Virus record (IMG/VR): IMGVR_UViG_3300018080_008436
Span: 310,001-374,000 of that record
DNA length: 64,000 nucleotides
Strand: one strand, 5' to 3'
The stretch's first letter is position 1. Each line of letters begins with the position of its first letter. The translations under genes were made by a program, and so were the position numbers. The notes under the pieces were generated by a model that saw nothing but the letters and a program-made list of their open reading frames with translations, had not been told where the DNA came from and did not search any database. Of this stretch, positions 25,108 through 36,000 are shown in pieces.

Positions 25108-25294
25108 TGTTTTCTTCTACTTGCACTTGCGCTTCTTTGATCAACCTCTCTTTCTCTCGTTTGAGATTGGCGAGAACTCTACCCAAGTCTCTATAAGCAA
25201 GCACTTCCTGCCCATTAAGCAGTTTGCTGTCGATTTTCTCAACATCTCTTATCAGAGAGTCAAGAACGTTAACATTTTTCCATAAATCACTCAT
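25052..25294 (-). CDS. hypothetical protein
   Basis: 80 aa, GGAGG RBS. Confidence 0.65.
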   Translation of the reverse strand: MSDLWKNVNVLDSLIRDVEKIDSKLLNGQEVLAYRDLGRVLANLKREKERLIKEAQVQVEENSGETEETQNGAEKQEDGK

Positions 25295-27305
25295 TTTTTT
25301 GTCCCTCCAGTTCTTCTATGACACTGTCAATAATATCTTTGAAAAGTATCGCAATGTTGTAGTTCTCAGGTGTTACCTGTCCTCCGACTTTATCTCTGAT
25401 CATTTCGTCAATAGAGATTCCTGACTTCAGTTCGAACTTAATTTGCTCACTATGAGCTTGTCTTTCATCCTTATCTGTAAGATACAGATACCAATACTTA
25501 TCACGATCAGTGTCTTTAAGCTTTGGATCTTTATTATACTGATTTTCGTGCTCTGGATTTGTAATTGAGAACAAATTATGCGCATATTCATGAACCAGAG
25601 TAGAAGCCTGTTCCGCAGGAGAGGGCATGTCAACCGTATCAATTGCGATCAATGGAGGATTAACAAAGATGCCCTTGGCAATCTCATATGGAGCTTCGAT
25701 TTCAGACTTCTTAAACGACTCTGCGCTCATGAATCCCCCTTTGATTCCCTGACCAAACAACATCTCAACAGGGCCAACAACAACGTTCAGATTCTCAAAT
25801 GAAACTTCCCTTTCTTTAGCCAATGGCTCAAGAAGTTCACAAGCATCATAATAATCTTTTAGATCCCTAAGATGAAAAGAGTCTCCATCTCCAATCCTGA
25901 TACTTCTGGAGTTATGATCACTACGAAATTGAGGTTTATCTTTCCCCTCTGGAACTTCAGTTTCGTTGAAGTATCTGACTTTTGCCAATTGTGTAAGACG
26001 ATCTTTATCACCTTTCACCATATTGACATAAGAATGATCATCTGACTTGATGTCAATCGTATTGGTATAACGATTGTATCTCGTAATGAGTGGGATGGTT
26101 ACTGGATGGAAGAACTTCCTCCAGATTTCTTCTCTAACATAGACAGGAGTCTCGATAATAACAAACTTAGTTTTGGTATTATAATCAATGACTCTGAACC
26201 ATGGGATCTGTCTATCTGCACTTAATTTTCCATTTCGAATCATAGATGAAATATTAATAGGGAATTTATCATCGGTTTTAAATGACACATAGTATGGTGT
26301 CTTCGCAGGGTTCTCATGCCCATCCTCTTCAAATGAATAAGCAATCTTCATCAACTCATTGGCAGACCCGATAAGCTGATGGAAGTTCCCGACATTTTTA
26401 ATGAAGATGTTGCTGATCTCTTCAAAGGTCCAACCAAGTTTCAAAAACCTTTTGATAGCAAAAAGAAAAGCGTCTCTATGTGCTTGTGGTGCATCTTCGG
26501 CATAATCGCCAAAAACAGAAGGGTCAAAGAAGTATTCCCGATAACCATTCAGGATATGCCATTCCTTTTCTGGGGCTGATGGTTGAGGATCGCTACCGAT
26601 ATTAATTAAAATAAAGGGAGCCTTCTGAGAGAGAAGATTCTCAGGCTTATCCCGCTTACGTCCATCAATGTCTATCTCTTCATAAAAATTAATCCCTTTG
26701 GTATCATGTGGAGAGACATAGCCCCCAAGAACAGTACCTTCTCGATCATCCTGGGTTCTCATTTTTAAGTGGGGAGGGAGGGCCTTCGCAACAGATGGCA
26801 TACGATTGAGATTAACCTCAATGATTGGAATCCTGTCAACGTTTTCTCCACCAAGATCTTTATGGATTAGATCCTTGATATTTTTGAAGCCATCAAGATA
26901 CCGTACTCTTAAAGATGAGAAGGGCGATCCATAAATGATAGGTTCTTTTGAGTAAGTTCCAAAAGTCTCAACGACCTTATCTTTGATCTTGTCAAAGAGT
27001 TCTTCAAACTGATAGTTAGTGAAATAATCTTTGTTGATAACATAGAACCTTCCAGAGTCGATATCATAACAGACCTGTAGAAGGTGTTTGGCATCGAATC
27101 CCTTGAACTGCTCCTTAAGAAGCTCCAAGGCGGTTTTTGCATTCATGCTGACAGGAGCACGAAAAATTCTGGATTTGTGGTTTTTAGTTGGTAATGACGC
27201 AAAATAACTAACGATTTGGTTTCTTAGATTCGAGGTAGTCTGTTGCTTCGATGTCATATTCAATTCTCGCTTTGAACTCGCCCAAATTCCACGAATCTGG
27301 ATCAA
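25287..27305 (-). CDS. large protein with C-terminal HExxH zincin-like motif
   Basis: STLVHEYAH...E.QA; start uncertain (27257 or later). Confidence 0.6.
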   Translation of the reverse strand: MIQIRGIWASSKRELNMTSKQQTTSNLRNQIVSYFASLPTKNHKSRIFRAPVSMNAKTALELLKEQFKGFDAKHLLQVCYDIDSGRFYVINKDYFTNYQFEELFDKIKDKVVETFGTYSKEPIIYGSPFSSLRVRYLDGFKNIKDLIHKDLGGENVDRIPIIEVNLNRMPSVAKALPPHLKMRTQDDREGTVLGGYVSPHDTKGINFYEEIDIDGRKRDKPENLLSQKAPFILINIGSDPQPSAPEKEWHILNGYREYFFDPSVFGDYAEDAPQAHRDAFLFAIKRFLKLGWTFEEISNIFIKNVGNFHQLIGSANELMKIAYSFEEDGHENPAKTPYYVSFKTDDKFPINISSMIRNGKLSADRQIPWFRVIDYNTKTKFVIIETPVYVREEIWRKFFHPVTIPLITRYNRYTNTIDIKSDDHSYVNMVKGDKDRLTQLAKVRYFNETEVPEGKDKPQFRSDHNSRSIRIGDGDSFHLRDLKDYYDACELLEPLAKEREVSFENLNVVVGPVEMLFGQGIKGGFMSAESFKKSEIEAPYEIAKGIFVNPPLIAIDTVDMPSPAEQASTLVHEYAHNLFSITNPEHENQYNKDPKLKDTDRDKYWYLYLTDKDERQAHSEQIKFELKSGISIDEMIRDKVGGQVTPENYNIAILFKDIIDSVIEELEGQKNE

Positions 27306-29319
27306 CGGGTTCGTATGTTTTGCCGTTAAGTATCAACTTATAGTTGAATATTGCTATCGTTGTTGGCCAACTCTTTCCATTGTACTGATTACACATTCCA
27401 AGACCATGAATCCAAGCGGAAGCTTCTGGTTCGTTGTATCCCTGGTCCATTAAACCTGAGAATCCAACAGCATAACAGCCGAATCGGATTGATGGATAAT
27501 GTATATGCCCAATAAATGTGTTATGACCTAACGATCTTGACGCTTTCTCCAATTTGTTTCCATTTTGGTTGTAAAAGGTCATGTCGCCATGTATGAACTT
27601 GGCGCTACCTATTTCCAGTACATTCTTAAGATAAGTTATCTCGTATCCAGAATTTGTCAAGTCGCAAATGAACTCAACATTGAGAATTGAGTTCAATTGA
27701 GGGTATTTTTTTATGAAATCCTGGGCAAATCGCTCATGGTTACCTGTAATCGCATGGCGTTCCTTTGCCCATTTTGCCATTCGTTTCATAATATAGCTGG
27801 TTCTTGCCCCTTCGTTCAAATAATCACCAAAAATTACATGTCCTTTGTCCAGATCATGGTGGTTAATTGCCTTGGCATCAAAAAAGTCTCCAACATTAAC
27901 TAATACATCTGGTTTGTAATCTTTACATACTTGTTCCTGGAGATCAAGCACATTAGCGTCATGACTTGGAGCATGCATGTCAGCCGTCACAAAAATCTTT
28001 TTACTTGGTTCATGTACGCCTTTTGAAGAAATGATTTTGTCGAAATACGAAGTGTAGTATTCGCCATTTATTTGCTGAACCAAACATGGTACAACAGTAT
28101 GATCCCCATCTTCATTTACATGAACAATCAGAATCCCCTGATTCCAAATCTCATATTTATGCTTTTGCTTTCTATACTTAGAAAACCCATCATGATAGGC
28201 GACTTTCACAGTCCTTCTGTCTTGAAAGTCAATCTGTTTGATAGTTCTAATTATGTGTTTCTCGCATAATGATCCAGGAGACATGAAGAAATGGGAAGAT
28301 CCATCAGATGCGGCTTTAGAAACAACCTCTTGTCGATGACAGTTCACAATCATCTTGCCTGCAAAAATCTCGTTATCAAGGTTTTTAATAGAGGTTGAGA
28401 CATAATCAGTGATCATATCCTGATTACTTACGGTCAGGTCATGTCCTAAATTAATATCTTCTCTAATAATTTTATAGCTAAAGTTATGGGAGAACCTTTT
28501 CTTATGAACAAACTTGAGTTCTTCTGTTTTAGCAAGAACAATTAAGTTCTCCACATCTCCCCACTTAAAGCTAATCTCATTATCGTCATCTAGAATATGA
28601 CCTATGTGAATGACATTGTCTGCGTCAAAGAAATCGTTGACATTATTAATTAGATCAAGCATCTTTCTCTTAGTATGCTTGCCATGAGAGTCACCAACAA
28701 CGATATAGGTTCCTTCATCAAGTTGGATCGATTCCTCATTTCCCAACCCATATTCATCAAGGTCTTGAGTTGCGAGGTCTTTAATCTCTGTAAAACAGAT
28801 GGGAAGGTCTTTTTCTTGAAGGTTGATCCTTTCCAAAAAGTCGTCTTTTCTCATCTCTTTAATTCGACAGTAATTATGTCTACTCAAAGAGACCATCGCA
28901 TTAACTAGATGCTGAATCAGTTCTTCATTACTTTTGGCTTCCTCATCCTCACCTTTTTCATTAGCATGGAAAGTTGCCGCATGCCATGCTTTCCAGTCTG
29001 TATTCTGTGCTTTCCTTTCAACAGAAGAGACAGTTCTCTCCATCTTCTCTGCTATAAAAGGGTATGATTTTTCAGAATCTAGATACGTATGGAGACGCAA
29101 CATATCCTGTTGACTCCATACGCTTCGTCTATTTATGGGGTCGGTATTTTCTTCAGTATCATCGAAGAAATGTTTCCAATTTACTCTACTAAATTTTCTT
29201 CTGGCCGCATCACCACTACATCTCAGTTCCTCCCCGATCTCTGGCCATGTTTTTCCTTGATTAACTCTCAGTTCATACAATTGTTCGGTGTTGTCATTAG
29301 TCCAAAAAGACACGCTCAT
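27208..29319 (-). CDS. HTH/Myb-like repeats fused to two tandem metallophosphoesterase domains
   Basis: W.EIGE.L and WS...IAEKM.RT repeats; GDSH/GHILD then ADMH/GDFFD/GNHE/HGD/GHIH. Confidence 0.75.
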   Translation of the reverse strand: MSVSFWTNDNTEQLYELRVNQGKTWPEIGEELRCSGDAARRKFSRVNWKHFFDDTEENTDPINRRSVWSQQDMLRLHTYLDSEKSYPFIAEKMERTVSSVERKAQNTDWKAWHAATFHANEKGEDEEAKSNEELIQHLVNAMVSLSRHNYCRIKEMRKDDFLERINLQEKDLPICFTEIKDLATQDLDEYGLGNEESIQLDEGTYIVVGDSHGKHTKRKMLDLINNVNDFFDADNVIHIGHILDDDNEISFKWGDVENLIVLAKTEELKFVHKKRFSHNFSYKIIREDINLGHDLTVSNQDMITDYVSTSIKNLDNEIFAGKMIVNCHRQEVVSKAASDGSSHFFMSPGSLCEKHIIRTIKQIDFQDRRTVKVAYHDGFSKYRKQKHKYEIWNQGILIVHVNEDGDHTVVPCLVQQINGEYYTSYFDKIISSKGVHEPSKKIFVTADMHAPSHDANVLDLQEQVCKDYKPDVLVNVGDFFDAKAINHHDLDKGHVIFGDYLNEGARTSYIMKRMAKWAKERHAITGNHERFAQDFIKKYPQLNSILNVEFICDLTNSGYEITYLKNVLEIGSAKFIHGDMTFYNQNGNKLEKASRSLGHNTFIGHIHYPSIRFGCYAVGFSGLMDQGYNEPEASAWIHGLGMCNQYNGKSWPTTIAIFNYKLILNGKTYEPVDPDSWNLGEFKARIEYDIEATDYLESKKPNR

Positions 29320-29351
29320 ATAAATTTCTCCACAAGAAATGATATACTATA

Positions 29352-29379
29352 ATTATAGCCAGCAATCCGCCGACTACAA
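29352..29379 (-). promoter_or_regulatory. sigma70-type promoter
   Basis: TTGTAG-N16-TATAAT. Confidence 0.55.
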
Positions 29380-30027
29380 GCAAAAATACGAAAATTCAAC
29401 AAAACCCATTTCCTCAGGTACATTTTCATATCTAACAACAAACCCATTTTCGAGCAATTCATAGACATAAAGTCTTGGAAAATCGAATGGGCCTGGATAC
29501 TCGTTTGAAGTTGTGCTACTGTCACTACTTAAAGATTGGCTTGAACTACTGGATGAGTCTTTTGAGCTAGAACTGGACGTACTGTCTGAACTAGGAGTAT
29601 CTTCGCTACTGGTGCTGGAAGAATCTAATGAGCTTGAACTAGAGGAATACTCTTGTGAGCTTGAACTAGGAGATCCTAAGCTACTTGAAGAAGATTCGCT
29701 TGCCTCTGTTGAGCTACTACTGCTTGATGAGTCTTTTGAGCTTGAAGAACTGGATTCAGTAGAAAGTGAAATTGAAGTAAGACTGGATTCAGAAGTTGGG
29801 CTTGATGAGCTTGATGAAGATATTCCCCCTATTGATAAACTTGATTCACTAGAAGAACTATATTCAATAGCTGGATTATAAATAGGTATAGAGGCCCATG
29901 TGATAATGGCACTCGTTATAGGATAACCAGTTATGATAGTAATATATCCATCTCCTGAACCAGCGTAAGCCTTCTTTCCTGTCAGGGGATAGTTATCAGA
30001 TCTTCTTAAATCGTATCGTCTTATCAT
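29374..30027 (-). CDS. Ser-rich protein
   Basis: Long poly-Ser tract between short globular ends. Confidence 0.8.
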   Translation of the reverse strand: MIRRYDLRRSDNYPLTGKKAYAGSGDGYITIITGYPITSAIITWASIPIYNPAIEYSSSSESSLSIGGISSSSSSSPTSESSLTSISLSTESSSSSSKDSSSSSSSTEASESSSSSLGSPSSSSQEYSSSSSSLDSSSTSSEDTPSSDSTSSSSSKDSSSSSSQSLSSDSSTTSNEYPGPFDFPRLYVYELLENGFVVRYENVPEEMGFVEFSYFCL

Positions 30028-33000
30028 TCTGGTAGCCTTTTGCTTATTGGAACGTTTATAATAGTTCCATCACTTGACCTCGGAATCCTTTTGGAAATAT
30101 TATACATTACTCCAATATGATGGATAACTGCGACCTCATCAGTGAAATTTGTTACTCTTGTTGCGACTCTGAATGATGACGCAAAGAACAAATCCATAAA
30201 TATAGTTGTCGATGGGTCCTGTGGAGCCAAGAATGTAATCGTCCCTTCAATATTATTGGCCGCGTATTCTGAAGAATCAATCAAAGTCCCTTGAGTCTCA
30301 TCCAGTCCAAGTCTATAAACATTCAGTGTAAAGTTTGCATTCCATCGACCATTAACAGCCGTATAAGTTTTGAAATCTTCTGTTTGTAATAATTCATTAA
30401 ACCTTGTGGGCAATATCGTATGTTGATCTGGAATGATGTTATAGTACTCTTCTGGTCTCAAGGATTCACTTTGAGTCATAAGGTATTCTACAGTAGAGTT
30501 CTCTGGGACATCTGCTTCGCTAGTTATATGAATTGAAGAAATGTATTCGTCATCGTCCAAGTTCACTGAGATTGGTTTGAAGAAAATAACGAATTCTCTT
30601 GGGTTGTAATAATCAACTTCTACTCCACCGTTAATTACTGGGGTTTGGAAATCAGAGTTTCCAACGAGTTTGATCTCATATTGAATATATTTCTGCAAAG
30701 CATCAATTGACTTGTCATGTTCATAAGGAATTGAATAGTCAATGAAGTCAGTCCAGTCAGAATATGTAATCCCATCTACACTAGTTCTTATTCTGTAGGT
30801 TACTTCTGCTCCTGTAGGAACGGTAACTCCCGCTATTACAGTAGTGTCTGGGATATTGGGATTCTCAAAGACAATCGTCCCAGTAAGAGTTGTTGTGTTA
30901 ATTTGTAAATTATTCCCTGATGCGATCTCATTACAAATACTATTTATTTGGGCTGAAGTGCTGTTATCTAAGTAGAATACAGACGATCCTCCCTCCTCTC
31001 CATATTTCTCAAGCAAGATAGAGTCAGATGCATGGGGTTGCCCTAATTGAATCGGAATTATCTGAACTTCACCCTCTCCATCAACAAAGTTGACAGTTTG
31101 TACAGCTTGATTTAAAGAATTCTCGGATGTATTCTCGTCGCCATCTGTGACAATGATTACAAATTTCTTATAGTCTTTGTAATCTTCGTTATTTGTTTGA
31201 TATTGGACCAATTGCTCTGCGGCTCTTTTTACTGCATCATGCAATTGACTTGCACCAAAGAAACCAAATGAATCGATTGCAGAGGCCAAGTAGATATCAT
31301 CACTTGTTAACTCTGGGACTCTATGTCTAATGGATGGATACCATTGTTGAATACTGGCCACATTGATGATGAATTGTCTTTCGGAAAGATAACCATCAGA
31401 CGTTGCAGAAACTCTGGCCTTAATATGCATGTAATCTCTTTTTACTCCTGCTCCCATTACCAAGAATCCAGGATCAGTTCCTTCTTCGTCTTCTGGTGGT
31501 TTGTATGGAAGTAGTTCAACAGTAATACGAGATCCATCAGTTACAATCTCTTCTGGTACGACAATTACATTCCCGATATCGTCAACGTACTGATACTCAG
31601 GGAACTTCGCATAAACACGAATATCAAAACCTCTTTCAGTTTCTTCGATATCGGTAGCAGTATAGAATGTTGCGGACGTATCTTCACTTCCAGCAGGGCC
31701 AGCAACTCCTGATTGAGATGAAGCTTCTTCTTCGTCCTCATAATCTAATATAAAGATTGGTTCACCATTATTAAGGTCGTTCCCCAATTCTATCTTAGTA
31801 GCAAGTCGTCTTGCCAATTCAGTTCCAGCAGGCACTTCGAGCGTAGCAAACATCATTCTGTTGCCTTCTGGATTCACAGGTTCATTTTCATATGGTTGCG
31901 AATTTGTGGGATCGTATCTAACTGTTCCATTTACAACAAAGTCTGTATCAATATTCTTTGTTGGAAGAATGTTCGTCATGGCAACACATCTGACATTATG
32001 AGAGTGACTTAACTGCTCATCTGATTCATAGCTGGTAAACGTATGAGTATGATTGCCAATTGAGCCGAACAAATTAATCGTACTTGTCGTAGTGCCATTC
32101 CCATTGATATCTAAGCTAATTACATGAGTGTGACTGCTTACTACTTCACCTCCGCTATCTTCGTCATATACGTCTGAACGAATTAAACCAGACTGAACAG
32201 AATAGTCAGACAAAGAAATGTCTTGGTTGGGACCGACAATCAAACAACCATCAATCAGGTTTCTTGTATCCTTCATCTGAGGTAACTGTCCACCAGAAGC
32301 ATTACTCTCTTCGCAAATTCCACTTTCAAATGTCACTTTTGGCAATGGATACTCTATTACTGACTCAAAATCGGTTCCCTCATTAATTGTGAGTTGATTG
32401 AGAATTGGTTGGCCTTTCCAAGTCAATTCAGCATAGATTCTTGCAGTAGTAACTCCATCTCTGACAAAATTAGTCTCATATTTTAGCTCAATACCAAGGG
32501 GTTCCACATATTGTTGTAGTGGTTTTGGAATTCTAATGCCACCACCAGGAGTGGGGAGTGGCCTTCCATTGGCGATTTCTCCTCTTCTGTATCCCCCTTC
32601 TTCCTTTCTGTAAGAGGTATATGCTTCAACCTGACTTAACCAAGGCTCTCTAAAGATCTCACGTTCTCCAAGAGGTTGCTGATGTCCAATATTTTTGTTT
32701 TTAGGAATGGCTGTTAACTCAAGCCTATCTGTTTGCCAAGTGGACCTTCTAGGGTTTGAATTGAATGTTGTTAAAGTTCTTGGTAAATCATTCGGTTGTC
32801 CCAAACCTCTAAGCCTTTTTACACCATCCTCTCCAACGAAAATGTCAGTTGGGTTGAAGTCATCTTGTAAATCCACTACAATTTTTGCGTTTGGATTACT
32901 TTCTCCATCAGCGTAGATAGGTGTCAGAGCGTCTTTTGCATAAAAAATGAATGAATCATCCTCATCTCCAAAGTTCTGACCAGTCAAGCTAACGATCCTT

Positions 33001-36000
33001 CTAACTTTTCTTACATATCCAGATGGATGGAAAACTTCAATATCTACATTAACATCCACAATTGGAGGGCAAAGTTCTGCCGCCGCCGCACCCGCTTCCC
33101 TTGGTTCAACTGGCTCTATTGGCCCAATGAATACCCCTCCAGCCCAACCATTATCAGTAACACTTGAGCTTGGCTCAACATTAAATTGTTTGGCTGATCT
33201 AAAAGAGAAGTTTACTTGGACGTTATCTTCAACAACTTCACTAGCGTCAAGATATTCCACGCCAGTCCCTATCTCATAAACTTCATTTTCAGCAGGGACC
33301 AAAACGCCTGGATTTACAGAAGTTATAGTAACTGGATTCGCTATGAAGAACATATCTGCTAATATTTGCTCATGTTGATCTCTGTCCCCAAACGATACAG
33401 AAGCTTCGATAAATAACAAGGAAACAATATCACTCGTTGGTATTGTTATAGAGGCTTTGCCATTAACTATTTCTAAAGAGAATTGATACTGCTCAAACTG
33501 TTTGGCATATGTCCATTCTGCTGGATCTTGATAGAAAAGTCCGCTTTCTTCCTCAGTATCTTGTTGAACAGATCCACCAACAAGTTCAATGTATTGATTA
33601 ATGATGTCATTTGCGTTAGTAGATCTGAGTCCAGTTCCAGAACTTGCACTTGGTGCGCTATCCGTCTCATTAACAGATTCAAGAACTTCTTCGAACGGAT
33701 TGTTTTGAACTATTTCTCTCCATTGATCGATAGCTGTTTTGGGTGTTTCCACAGGCTCCCCATTTTCATCAACAGCCACATTTTCCAATGGTCTTATATT
33801 AGCAAATTGTTGAGTTGTTGGATATGAAGAATCTTTATAAACAACATTTGATGCTGTTGCATCCAAATCAATCACTCTATTTGTATACAGAGTTATATTA
33901 ATGAATTGATCGTTAGCTAAAACAAACTCATCAGCCACAATATAATTAAGAGTAATTGTACTGCCATCAGAAGCATGATATCCTCTAACATACCTTTTCT
34001 CATATCGTGGAAAACAATCTAAGCTATCTTCATCTTTTGGAGCGGCTAGATAATATTGGACCCGATCTGATTCAACATAAGTACTGTCAATAACAATAGG
34101 GGAAATAAAAGAAACTTCAAATGGATCTAGATACAATCTAGCAAGAGTCCTCCCAGTTTCACCCATAAAATCGGCATATGCGAAAATCTCATAATCTTTC
34201 GAGAAGAATAAAGGATTTTCTATGCCAGGGATATTCAGCCCTTCAAAAGTTTTCTCCTCATATTCAGTGGCAAAACTCTGCATAGATGACGTAGCCAAAC
34301 CATTAGAGGTATATATTGGAGTTTCGATTACATAATCGACATCTTCTTCTGTGGCATCAGTTTCTTCAGCAGTTGGTAATTCTGTGGCCGTTTCTTGATC
34401 CCCATCATTTTGCTCTAATTGAGCTACAATATCCGTTTCAGGAGAGTATCTGAGTAATCGACTTAAATCTTCTTCTTTGTCTTTTACTGTTTCCAATATA
34501 TCTTCAACAATAGGAAGTACCCTTGCACAAACGTTACCATCAACAGTTGGCATATCAAGAGTTTGCCTCTGAGTAAATTTTTCTGCAAGATTCAAATCTT
34601 CATAAGGAGTTGATGGTGGAACTCTGTCGATATCATATGGTTTTAATAATGATGGATCAACATCTTTGTCATTAACAATTGGAGTCACATCAACGCTAAG
34701 TATCTCTGTCGCAAGAATATTATCTGTTGGAGTTAACTTCTCATCTGACGATTCGTTAAGTCTTATGGTTGTTCCCAATTCAGCAGAAACATCAAACAAA
34801 AGTGGATCGACAATATCAATGTATGGCCCAAGATTTGGATCAGTTCCAATCTCATCAATTTTGGTTGTTTGGATGTTACCTGATTTATCTAGAATATCAA
34901 TAATACTTTCTCTGAAATACCCCTCAGTAGATTGTACATAAATTCTTTTTTGGCCAGCAAACGATGGGTATGTTACAAAGGCTGATTCTATTTTGTCTTT
35001 TGCAAAAATGTCTGGCTCTTTATCAACTAACAAATTGACTTCTGTTCCGTCAGGGAACGGAGTTCCATCTTTCTCAAAGAAACTCATTGGAAGAAGGGCT
35101 GTCTGCCCAAAGAAGAAGATGTTATAACTCACCCATTCACTAAATGCTTCGAAATCCCACTCTAAATAGTAACCATCTGAATTCTGCAAATAAAAGACGA
35201 CATCTCTTGAGACCTTAGTATCTCTAACAAGGATGTTTGCGGTTGATCCGTTAATGTTTGTTATTTTGTTATAAGAACTGTCTTGAACAATACTGCCAGC
35301 TAAACTATTATTTGTGACAGCGAGGCGCACACCAGGATCGAAGGTTATTGTATTACTATCAATCTCTGTGATTGTATGGCCAATATTAGCGGCATCCCCT
35401 TGTAAGATATCTATTACATCTCCAACTTCAAAATCAGAAGCGTCTTCAACTGTTACAGTTGTGTCTCCAACATACAAAATGCTAGTAATATTGCTTTGCG
35501 TTATTCCTGCATTTGTTAGTAGCTTTCTGGAGATAAGATTTGTAGATGCAACGATATCTATGGACTCTTCATTATTTGGGGCATTATTCCCAAGAGTAAT
35601 TGAAGGAGATTCACTGCCAGGATAAAATAACTGCCAATTAGTAAGATTTACATCACTAATAACATTGAAGTCAACTTTGAAATCTCCAATATTGTATGTA
35701 TGGTTATTTTCAAGAGTCTTAAATCCATAAGCAATCATGGGATCTTCAACAGAAACAGCAGTAACTGATGAGAAATCTATTGTCGCATCACCAGTTCCAG
35801 AAACCAGATTCAAAGTCCCACTATCAATTGGACTAGTGTTACCATATGTAATTAAAGAAATCTGATCACTTTTTAGCTTATGTTGAACCGTAAACTCAGC
35901 ACCATTATTCTCATAAACAGCGTCAACATCAGCCTGAGAACCCGAAACATCAAAGATGTAAGTTGTTCTACTTGGGTTATTCAGGTCTAGGTTAATCGTT

